DNA of 64,000 nt from Octopus sinensis (Eukaryota). Positions 1 to 10,602 of the stretch are shown here, in pieces (position 1 is the first letter of the stretch; each line of letters begins with the position of its first letter). Both the position numbers and the translations under genes were made by a program. Under the pieces are notes generated by a model, which saw only the letters and a program-made list of their open reading frames with translations, had not been told where the DNA came from and searched no databases. The DNA lies in NCBI RefSeq assembly GCF_006345805.1, contig NC_043004.1, positions 87,978,001 through 88,042,000 on the forward strand, in the 5' to 3' direction.

Positions 1-104
1 CTTTAAGAACTATAACAAATACAACATATTTTGTCCGACACTCTGGTGATTCTACCAATTATGGTTTCAAATTTTAGCGCAGGGGTTGTAATTTTGGGGG
101 TAGC

Positions 105-279
105 GAGTTAGTCGATTGCATCGAACACAAATATTCGACTGGTCTTTATTTTTCGACCACAAGAAGCTGAAAGGTAGAGTCCACCTCGGCAAAATTTGAA
201 CACAGAACGTTAAAACTCGGAAGAAATACAGCTATGCATTTTGTCCGGCGCAGTAACGACTCTGTCAGCTCGCCACCTT
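105..279 (-). mobile_element. tRNA-derived SINE family A, degenerate copy
   Basis: Reverse complement matches the family A head seen at 7026 (aaggcggcgagctggcagaaacgttag...gagttcaaattccgccgaggtcgac), which has A-box-like and B-box-like motifs. Confidence 0.75.
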
Positions 280-334
280 AATAAGAGAGGAAAAATTCTT
301 TCTATTATAGACAAAAAAGCCCGATATCTTAGGA

Positions 335-500
335 AAGTGGTCTAGTTGATTATATGACCCCAGTACTCAAGTATTTCTAATTTTGTCAACTCCGAAAAGA
401 CGAGAGGCAAAGTTCGACTTTGGTAGGATTTGAACTCAGAATGTAAACAACCGCAAATAAATACCGCAAGTCATTTTGTCAAATGCTTTAACGATCCTGC
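335..500 (-). mobile_element. SINE family A, degenerate copy
   Basis: The stretch gaccccagtactc...ggcaaagttcgactttggtaggatttgaactcagaatg is the reverse complement of the family A body. Confidence 0.65.
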
Positions 501-769
501 CAATCATTCTCTCGCATCTCTTACAGTGTATTATAACTAAACGGTTATATTTATTTACGCCGGCGTTACTTCTTATGATTCGAAAAGAAAATAATAAAGA
601 ACACGTTTTTTTATATGATTTTACTTATGTCTAATGAGTCCTCAGTACCCACCAAGAATTTCATTTTACCCCTCTTGAGGGGATTTTACCCCGGTTCGCC
701 GACCCCTGGTTAAATCGAACATATCGACTCCAAAAATTATTCCTTTTTTTTTTTGTTTTTTAAAGTATG

Positions 770-923
770 GTACTTTCCTATCGGTCTCTTTAACCGAATC
801 GCTAATGAATGGGAGACGTAAACAAACCAACGTCGGTTATCAAGCGGTGGAGGTAGGGGGGGCAAATTCACTCACAAGCGGGGAGAGAACACACGCACAC
901 GCACACACATGATCGTTAAAGCA

Positions 924-999
<76 letters not shown>

Positions 1000-1147
1000 A
1001 CACACAGACATTCACTTCCACATAGTTTCTGTCTATCAGATTTATTCACAAGGTATTGGTCGGCCCGGGGCTATGGTAAAAAAAACCCACCCAATGTGCC
1101 GCATAGTGAGACTGAACTCGAAACCGCGCAGTTGCAAAGCGAGCATC
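770..1147 (-). mobile_element. tRNA-derived SINE family B with internal (CA)n
   Basis: Reverse complement of the family B head and 3' half (compare 40963-41342); (CA)n at about 925-1005. Confidence 0.75.
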
Positions 1148-1751
1148 CTAACTTCACATATAGACGTAGGCGTGGATTCGAACTAGCAACCTTTGTTTAC
1201 GGACCTTATGGACTGGATTCGAGCTAGCAACGTTTATGATTAAACTAGTAGTAACAGCGCTCTCATTCACACAACCACTTACGCTTGTATGAAAATATAC
1301 GACCCTCCCTCACGTACGTTTGTTAGTGGATCAGCAGCTAAAGAGGTTATTATAACTATTTTAGAACATACAGGCTGACTGTTCGAATCTAGTACGCTAT
1401 TGCTGACATAGAGAGGAAATAAAACAACCGATGGAGATGTAAGAAACAAAAACATTATTAGGATAAATATCCAACTAGAATATAATTTAAGTAATATATA
1501 TTAGCGACAGAAGTTGATGTTACGATTAGCTTGTTATAAAACGATATATATATCTTCAGTGGAAACAATTGTAGCGATTAAAAAATAAATGCCCAGCCGT
1601 AACCTTTCACATTGATCCCAATTTTTTTTTTCCATTATCTATTCACACACGACAGATGTCCAAACGCAAACCTGGAAGTACGTATAATACCACTACTGCA
1701 TAGCACAGGGAGTAATCTGAAAGTGGACGAGACCATTATATATATATATAT

Positions 1752-1923
1752 ATAACCGAAGATAACCGAAGAGATGGTGTTGTGGATTTTCACTTCGGCA
1801 TCTGAAACTCAGAGTTTTATCTTGACTATTGAGTAATTGTAACATATTATTTTATAGATAAATTTCCTCTATTTACATAATATTGAGGTCTCTTTCTTTC
1901 TTTTGTTATCTTACCGTTTTTTA

Positions 1924-1968
<45 letters not shown>

Positions 1969-2443
1969 TGCAGCACGGACTTTGTCAGTGAACAGGTCGC
2001 GGATTTTAGCGACGAAAATATTTTGACAAATTAAACTTAAATGTTGAAGTGAATTGAACGGCTTTTCTTAAATGGCTTATAAACACATTCCACGCTGCAA
2101 TTGTTTTCGTTTCAGCACACGATCTCAGATCAAATTACTTGCTATGCGAGTACATCTCCGTAATAATATATATATATATATATATATACAATATGTTACA
2201 TTACTTGGTAGTCAAGATAAAACTCTGAGTTTCAGATGCCGAAGTGGAAATCCACAACACCATCTCTTCGGTTATCTGGCTATTTGAAAACCGAAGAGAT
2301 GGTTTTTGTGGATTTCCACTTCGGCATCTGAAACTCAGAGTTTTATCTTGACTACCGAGTAATGTAACATTGTATAGAGAAATTTCCTCTATTTACATAA
2401 TATTGAGGTCTCTTTCTTTCTTTTGTTATCTTACTGTGTTTAT

Positions 2444-2447
<4 letters not shown>
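1752..2447. mobile_element. Three copies (+,-,+) of a short Penelope-type terminal repeat with a hammerhead-like motif, embedded in (TA)n
   Basis: Copies at 1752-1927 (+), 2189-2276 (-) and 2289-2447 (+) share aaccgaagagatgg...cacttcggcatctgaaactcagagttttatcttgact. Penelope assignment is inferred from the architecture. Confidence 0.6.
1761..1821 (+). ncRNA. Hammerhead-like motif, deviant core
   Basis: GATAA-CCGAAGA-GATG..CATC-T-GAAA-CTCAGAG-TT-TTATC: stem I GATAA/TTATC and a short palindromic stem III. Deviations are U4->C and one extra nucleotide before GAAA. Confidence 0.4.
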
Positions 2448-2506
<59 letters not shown>

Positions 2507-2737
2507 TATATATATAGATATATATAGATATATATATATATATATATATAAAATATATATATAAATATATATATATATAAATATATAAAATATATATATA
2601 AATATATATATATATAAATATATATATATATAAATATATATATATATAAATATATAATATAATATATATATATAAATTGTATATTATATATATATATATA
2701 TATATATAAATATATAAATATATAATATATATATAAA

Positions 2738-2793
<56 letters not shown>

Positions 2794-2813
2794 TATATAT
2801 ATATATAATATAT

Positions 2814-2864
<51 letters not shown>

Positions 2865-3220
2865 AATATATATATATAATATATAAAATATATATATAAT
2901 ATAATATAATATATATATATATATAATATATATATATATATTAAATATAAATATATAAATATATAAATATATATATATAATATAATAATATATATATAAA
3001 TATATATATTATAATATATATATATATAATATATAAATATATAATATATAAATATATATATATATAAAGATATAAATATATATATATATAAATATATAAA
3101 ATATATAATATTTATAATATAAATATATATATATATAATATATAATATAATATATATAAATTATATAAATATATATATATATATATAAATATATAAATAT
3201 ATATATATAATAATATAAAT

Positions 3221-3267
<47 letters not shown>

Positions 3268-3284
3268 TATATAATATAATATAT

Positions 3285-3317
<33 letters not shown>

Positions 3318-3347
3318 TATATATTATTAATATATATATATATATAA
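2447..3347. repeat. Long degenerate (TA)n microsatellite, about 900 bp
   Basis: Directly visible; almost entirely A/T. Confidence 0.98.
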
Positions 3348-3707
3348 TTTAAGTATTAAGTGTAATCAGGCAGTGATTCATCATAGGCAATAGGATAACA
3401 TTGTGATATATCATAAAAACAACATAACGAACAATACAGTATGACTTAGATATAATTACATTATATAACGTATATATTAAGTAATTGGAATAAAATTTTT
3501 CTGAAATCATAAACATAGTAATGACTTACCGCGCCGTGTCCCTTCATGGTCGTATATATATATACATACATATATATGTATGGATATTATGAATATTTGT
3601 TATGTATATATGGATATTATATATATATATATATAGTAATATTATTATTAATAGTAGGGAATATAAGATTCCAAACCTACAGGTTTTGTCTCTTAATTCT
3701 TATATAT

Positions 3708-3767
<60 letters not shown>

Positions 3768-4360
3768 TAGTGTGTGTGTGTGTGTGTGTATTGTGCGTGC
3801 GCTTATCTGTGTGCGTGTATGTGTTGGCACATGTTTTTTGGTGTTATGTAGAAATTTAAACTTTAGATTTTTTCCAGGTTTTAATAATTATAATCTTAAG
3901 CTTTCGACAAATTAACGTTAAAGGTGGGAAAAACAATTTATATATATATATATATATATATTGCCGAACACACACACACACACACACCACACACAGTCTC
4001 GCGCGCGCACACACACGCCTTCAGTCACATGCATACATGCACCACACACACACACACACACACACACGTACACATACGTATATAAATACAGTCTTATCTG
4101 TGTATAGAAATAGACAATTTCCTTTCATGTGTGTGAGCAACCTGAGAACTAAAAGAGAAAGAAGAAAAGAAAGAGGGTTACGGGTGTAGTAGGAAGAGGA
4201 AGAGCAATGGGAAAGAAGTTCATTTAGTAAGAAAATATTTTCTTTTTTTGTTTTTAATGTAAATACCACTGCGACCGCAAATCGTTGGCGGAAGTGATAG
4301 AGCGTCAGGTAAATATACCCTCCGATGTTCTATTCGTTCGGAGATCGAATCCTGCAGCAG

Positions 4361-4653
4361 TTAACTTTCTTTTCCCTCCGTTCCGATTACAATTAAATAG
4401 GATACCAAGGTCGTACTATAGGAGTCGTTATTTTCTTTTCTCTTTTTATCTGCTGCATTCTGGACGTCGGCAGAGAAAGGACCCGGTGACATGACGGCCT
4501 CCACGGGGTCAGCGATGCATTGAAGGTTGTTGTCGTGGAGATGTTGAATGACACGGACGGGGATCACTTGATCCTGACATACAATCGGTTTCGTGGCCGC
4601 ATCGAGGTTGTCACCGTGTGGGTTTGAGGGCGGTTTTCTTGAATAGCCAGTTT
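4361..4653 (-). CDS. Candidate terminal coding exon of an unidentified host gene (phase-1 start, 96 aa plus stop)
   Basis: Acceptor ttattcctttctacag|AA, then 97 in-frame codons: TGYSRKPPSNPHGDNLDAATKPIVCQDQVIPVRVIQHLHDNNLQCIADPVEAVMSPGPFSADVQNAADKKRKENNDSYSTTLVSYLIVIGTEGKES*. The patch is locally GC- and CpG-richer and non-repetitive. No protein family recognised. Confidence 0.5.
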
Positions 4654-4689
4654 CTGTAGAAAGGAATAATCGAACAATCGATTATATCA

Positions 4690-4875
4690 ATTCCAAATTT
4701 TGGCACAAGGCCAGTAATTTCGGAAAAGGGGTTAAATCTGGTACTTATTTTATCGACCCTAAAAGAAGAAAGGAAAAGTGGACCCCGTCGGGATTTGAGC
4801 TCAGAAGTGCAGACGGATGAAACTCCGCTAAGTATTTCGTCCGTCGTGCTAAAGATTCTGTCACTTCGCCAACCT
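4690..4875 (-). mobile_element. SINE family A, degenerate copy
   Basis: ggtacttattttatcgaccc...gatttgagctcagaagtgcagacggatgaaac...cacttcgcc is the reverse complement of family A. Confidence 0.7.
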
Positions 4876-5454
4876 AACAACCAACTGTATCGACATCAGT
4901 ACGTGAGTGGTGTTGATTTTATTGAAGGAAAAAAGTGATTTCGGCTCTGGTTGGATTTCAACTCAGAACATGAATAGATTTGACTAAATACCACATGGGA
5001 TAAAACTAAATTCAGAAGCTCTACCGATTCTGGACTATTATTATGTGGGTCAGAGATAGGTTTCCTTGAGTAGGTAGCCTGTTTCTTAGATGTATCTAAT
5101 TGATTGTGTGGAACAGTTTTTCTTTTGTCTTAGAAGAGTTATGTCTTTCTTTTTCCTTGTATGTCGTTTCTTTTCTGTTGCATGGTGAACCTTGCATGTA
5201 TTTCTTAGTCAAACGGTAGACCAGTGTCTAGAACCCTTTTTAGGGCTTCCGAAACAAGTAAGCAGGAAATAGAGAGGAGAAGACAGATTTTCTTAACCTG
5301 AAGCCTTGGCTGAACATTTAAACCTTTGTAACAGTATGAATTCTCTTAAAGATTAACAAAGACTTCCTGGTGGTAGAGTTGTTAAACCAGGCAACGGACT
5401 AACTTTATTACACAAGTGATAGAATAAGTACCAACTGAGAATAAGTACCAACCA

Positions 5455-6232
5455 AAGCGGCGAGCTGGCAGAAACGTTAGAATGCCGGGCTAAATGCTTA
5501 GCGGTGTTTCGTCTACCGTTACGTTCTGAGTTCAAATTCCGAGATCGACTTTGCCTTTCATCCTTTCGGGGTCGATAAATTAAGTACCAGTTACGTACTG
5601 GGGTCGATATAATCGACTTAATCCGTTTGTCTGTCCTTGTTTGTCCCTTCTGTGTTTAGCCCCTTGTGGGTAGTAAAGAAATACGCATTTCGTCTGTCGC
5701 TACGTTCTGAGTTCAAATTCCGCCGAGGTCGACTTTGCCTTTCATCCTTTCGGGGTCGATAAATTAAGTACCAGTTACGTACTGGGGTCGATATAATCGA
5801 CTTAATCCGTTTGTCTGTCCTTGTTTGTCCCTTCTGTGTTTAGCCCCTTGTGGGTAGTAAAGAAATAGGCATTTCGTCTGTCGCTACGTTCTGAGTTCAA
5901 TTCCGCCGAGGTCGACTTTGCCTTTCATCCTTTCGGGGTCGATAAATTAAGTACAGTTTACGTACTGGGGTCGATATATCGACTTAATCCGTTTGTCTGT
6001 CCTTGTTTGTCCCTTCTGTGTTTAGCCCCTTGTGGGTAGTAAAGAAATAGGCATTTCGTCTGTCGCTACGTTCTGAGTTCAAATTCCTCCGAGGTCGACT
6101 TTGCCTTTCATCCTTTCGGGGTCGATAAATTAAGTACCAGTTGCGTACTGGGTCGATATAATCGATTTAATCCGTTTGTCTGTCCTTGTTTGTCCCCTCT
6201 ATGTTTAGCCCCTTGTGGGCAATAAAAAAATA
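5455..6232 (+). mobile_element. Head-to-tail tandem of four SINE family A units (period about 183 bp)
   Basis: Units restart at gcatttcgtctgtcgc at 5685, 5869 and 6051. Only the first unit has the A-box head. Confidence 0.92.
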
Positions 6233-6654
6233 AGAATAAGTACAAACTGAGCACTAGGATCGGTGTAATCGACTTAACTACTCTTGGGTAGTGTATTTCT
6301 CTGCCAAACCATATCGAGCCAGTGTGGCAGAGTAGGCTCATCAAACCAGTATGATTTCAAGCTCAAAGTGACGGCTTTCGCATCAGACCGTGTTTAGTGG
6401 AAAGAACATGCTGAGGCCCTTGTTCTACAGCGGACTGAACATGGGCAATCCAATCCAAACCAACCCAACCCGATTCAGTCACTCAAGTAGCCTACAGAAG
6501 CATTTTGGATTCGAGACGCATAGGGTCAGAACAAAAACCTTAAGATACCACATCCGATTCTTTAACGAGTTTGCCAGGTCAACATCGTAACACAGTACGT
6601 TATTTTGTAACACCGAAAAAATAAACTAGGAGACTAAATAAATATCGGTTTCAA

Positions 6655-6845
6655 ATTTGGGCACGAGGACAGCAAAGTCATCGACCCCCTCCCAATCCAA
6701 TGCTTAATTGGTATTTATTTTATCGACCCCGAAAAGATTAAAAGAAAAGTCGACATCGGTGGAATTTGAAACCAGAACGTAAAGACGGATGAAATGCAAG
6801 CTAATCATTTCGTCCAGCGTGCTAAGGATTCTGTCAGTTTGGCGT
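6655..6845 (-). mobile_element. SINE family A, degenerate copy
   Basis: tttatcgaccccgaaaagattaaaagaaaagtcgacatcggtggaatttgaaaccagaacg is the reverse complement of family A. Confidence 0.7.
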
Positions 6846-7025
6846 CTTGGAGACTAAATAAATATCACCGTAAAGCAGTTCGCTGTATAACGGGCTGGGG
6901 GTGGGGTTTTCCCAGAATCGGTAGAGCTTCGGTATTTGGTTACATCTCTTGTGGCATTTACTTATATCTCTTGATGCTGGAGATTAACTCACGTTTTATC
7001 CTCCAATAGAATCAGTATCGCTCAA

Positions 7026-7262
7026 AAGGCGGCGAGCTGGCAGAAACGTTAGCACGCCGGGCGAAATGCTTAGCGGTATTTCGTATGTCTGAACGTTCTG
7101 AGTTCAAATTCCGCCGAGGTCGACTTTACCTTTCATCCTTTCGGGGTCGATTAAATAAGTACCAATTAGGCACTGGGGTCGATGTGATCGACTTAATCCG
7201 TTTGTCTGTCCTTGTTTGTCCCCTCTGTGTGGAGCCCCTTGTGGGCAGTAAAGAAATAAGAA
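7026..7262 (+). mobile_element. SINE family A, near full length
   Basis: A-box-like tggcagaaacg, B-box-like gagttcaaattcc, 3' end aaagaaataag. Confidence 0.9.
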
Positions 7263-7324
7263 TCAATGTCGCTCAAGTATTGTTGTCCCAATTTAAGAAT
7301 CACGCAGGCGCATAACACTCGCAC

Positions 7325-7622
7325 ATGTATGTATGTATGTATGTATGTATGTATGTATGTATGTATGTATGTATGTATGTATGTATGTATGTATGTATGT
7401 ATGTATGTATGTATGTATGTATGTTATGTATGTATGTATGTATGTATGTTGTATGTATGTATGTATGTATGTATGGTATGTATGTATGTATGTATGTATG
7501 TATGTATGTATGTATGTATGTATGTATGTATGTATGTATTGTATGTTATGTATGTATGTATGTATTATGTATGTATGTATGTATGTATGTATGTATGTAT
7601 GTATGTATGTATGTATGTATGT
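7325..7622. repeat. (TATG)n microsatellite
   Basis: Directly visible. Confidence 0.98.
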
Positions 7623-7728
7623 GTGTATGTGTGTCTCTGTCTGTGTTCGTCCTCCACATCCGCATGACAAAGGACGTTGACCTACTAGATATGAAAGACT
7701 ATTGTATGAATTGTAGGAATGTAGATGA

Positions 7729-7759
<31 letters not shown>

Positions 7760-8913
7760 GTGTGTGTGTGTGTGTGTGCTTACATACGCAAGCATTTAAA
7801 TATGTAATATTCTCAAATGTCTGACGTTATCATCAGATTTACTTACATTCTTAAATACTTCTATGTCCCTTATTTTGTATAAATTTCCGGCTGTAAAAAA
7901 ATATGCAAAGAAAGGCATGTGAAAATTTCTGACGAAAAAGCGAAACTGTAATTCTTTTTTGTATTCTATTTCAAATTTTCTTCCCTAGTTACCTGAGAGT
8001 AAAAAAAAAAAAAAAATGACACTTTCTTTTGAAGGACGTTGAATAACTGGGTATGAAGGCAATTGTATGAATGTAGATGAATACAGAAATAAAGGGATAC
8101 ACAAGTAAAATATTTACTGTTGACTGACTACGGCAAATTACTTTAAATCGTTTAATTGTGCGTGCGTGTATTGTGTGTATTTGTATCGTTGCACACTCTT
8201 ATTCTATCTCTTCACTGTCTATCTATCTCCTTCTCTTGTTCTTCGTTTCTGCTTTTCTCTCCCACTCTTTATCTATTCTTCTCCTCTCCCTTTCACCGTT
8301 CCCTCTCTCTCTCTTTCACTCTTCCTTCTTGACTCTCTCGTTGCTCACACGTGACGACAGGCCATCTATCTTTCTTTCTTCCACTTCCTTCCTGAAGACA
8401 AGACGTGCTTTTATCTGTCTCAAACCTCGTTTTTCCAGAGTTCATAATCTTCGCATCGCCTTGGCTTAACAGCTCTCACCGTTTGTTTTTACTGTTTTGT
8501 TCTCACTGTCCTGTTTTTGTTACCACTTTCACCTTCCGCAAAAAATCCCCAATTTTATTTAATTTGCTTTGCGGGAAGGGCTGTTTTAAAGAAGACGCGT
8601 ATTGTCCTTACGTTCGGAACGTGGAGTAGATAAAACAGGGGACAACTGACGAAGGGAATGTTGTTTATGTTACATATCTCGTTTCTCTGTTTGTTTTTTT
8701 TCGTTGTTCGAAAAAGTTCGTTTTCTATGTTTTTGTTTTTATGTTTTCGTTTCTCACTGTGCCTACGTTTTTTTGATGTCCTGTACCCATATATGCATGT
8801 ATATATACATAAATATGTAGGTATGTACATATATGTATGTATATATGCATATATTTATATATAATTTATATTATTATATTATCGAACGCCACGCATCCTT
8901 TTCCAAGTAAGTT

Positions 8914-8914
<1 letters not shown>

Positions 8915-8967
<53 letters not shown>

Positions 8968-9126
8968 GTCTGTCTGTCTGTCAGTCTGTTTGTCTGTCTG
9001 TCTGTATGTATGCCTGTCTGTCTATCTATCTATCTACCTACCTACCTACCTACCTACTACCTACCTACCTACCTACCTACCTACCTACCTACCTACCTAC
9101 CTACCTATCTATCTATCTATCTATCT

Positions 9127-9163
<37 letters not shown>

Positions 9164-9385
9164 ATGTATATATGTATGTATGTATATGTATGTCATTATT
9201 CAGTTTATTTCAAGATTTCTTGCCAATAGAGAAAGAATCAATTTCTAACCTAGATCGAAGGCTTCTTCATTGGAATTTCAACATCAACAACAGGGTATGT
9301 ATGTATGTATGTATGTATGTATGTATGTATGTATGTATGTATGTATGTATGTATGTATGTATGTGTGTGTGTGTGTGTATGTACA
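8915..9385. repeat. Compound tetranucleotide microsatellites (TATC/TGTC/TACC/TATG)
   Basis: Directly visible at 8915-9190 and 9296-9380. Confidence 0.95.
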
Positions 9386-9588
9386 GATTTGTGCACCAGT
9401 GATCTAGCATATTAAAATCTGAAGGTACAGTAAATTGTATTATATACATATGAGAGGGATGACCACAATGTGGATTATTCACTAAGTGAATAATCTATAT
9501 TTTTTCTATTTTTCATTCGTCTTGCTCGCTTACGTTCTGGTGTTTGCTAATTTTTTTCTTGAGAACATCAATTAGAAAGCATTTTTTA

Positions 9589-9641
<53 letters not shown>

Positions 9642-9654
9642 CATTATTACTAAT

Positions 9655-10440
9655 ACTACCACATCTTAACTGGTTGTACAGCGCTTGAAAAAACCTAATA
9701 TATTCATAGACACGATAGAGTAGCGCAATATATCCATTGGAAGATATGTAAACACTACCAGCTTCCAACTTCAGAAAGATGGTACCAGCATAAACCTGAA
9801 ACTGTGACCGGAAAATATGATGTAACAGTACTCTGGGACATGCCAATCAACGCTGATAAAGAGATCAAGGCAAACAGGTCGGACATAATCATCAAAGATG
9901 GGAAGAATAAGAAATGCTTAATGATAGATGTGACAGTACCATCAGAGAGAAATGTGTCCATTAAAGAAGTTGAGAAGTTAAGTACAAAGACCTAGAAATA
10001 GAAGTGACCAAGATGTGGGGAATGAAAAGCAGCACAGTGATTGGAGCGTTAGGGCTAATTAAAAAGGGCCTTGATACGTAGCTCAACAAACTCCCTTGTG
10101 GTGTTAACGTGGGGGAACTGCAGAGAATAGTGTTGCTAGGTTCCGCACACATTTTACGCCGTGTACTCTCCATGAGATGAGGACCTGCTGTGATTCTAGG
10201 GTCAAGGGATGACGTCACATATACTGAGATGAGCATTGTTGCTTTGAATTTTTCTTTTCTTTCTTCATTTCTTTGCCTCTTTCTTTTTCCTTCCTTTTTC
10301 TATCAAATGACTGTAAATGAACAACCTGGTGTATTTATTTTAATGACCTATACAGAGAGTTTCTTTGTCCTAGGTATCGAGAAGGCACTCGGCAAGAAAT
10401 GGAAACAAACTGAATATGGAAGAAAAAAAAAAATAATAAT
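9655..10440 (+). mobile_element. 5'-truncated R4/Dong-like non-LTR retrotransposon: decayed restriction-like endonuclease (RLE) domain plus 3' UTR
   Basis: HILTGC...RHDRVAQYIHWKICKHY...WDMPINADKEIKANRSDIIIKD...LMIDVTVP...KEVEKL/KYKDLEIEVTKMW...LLGSAHILRRVLSMR* (stop ends at 10180), with internal stops and a frameshift. The 3' UTR end (about 10350-10440) matches the reverse complement of 60060-60140. Preceded by (ATT)n at about 9587-9650. Confidence 0.88.
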
Positions 10441-10494
10441 ATTAAGTTCAACTAATTTCACATGACAACTATGGCACTCTTCTATTTATTTCTA

Positions 10495-10602
10495 TAATAA
10501 TAATGATAATAATAATAATAATAATAATAACAACAACAACAACAACAACAACAACAAAAAAACAACAACAACAACAATAATACTAATAATAATAATAACA
10601 AC
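10495..10602. repeat. (AAT)n/(AAC)n microsatellite at the left edge of the satellite
   Basis: Directly visible. Confidence 0.95.

Noticed and set aside
1160-1285. tRNA gene
   Set aside because: Only degenerate A/B-box-like pieces with a local duplication and no cloverleaf; more likely a SINE head remnant.
7266-7807. [12 protein letters not shown]-type ORFs here and throughout the window
   Set aside because: Read-through of (TATG)n, (TA)n and (CA)n microsatellites.
8405-8629. Plus-strand exon after ttttccag at about 8437
   Set aside because: No donor site, pyrimidine-biased low complexity, and no recognisable product.
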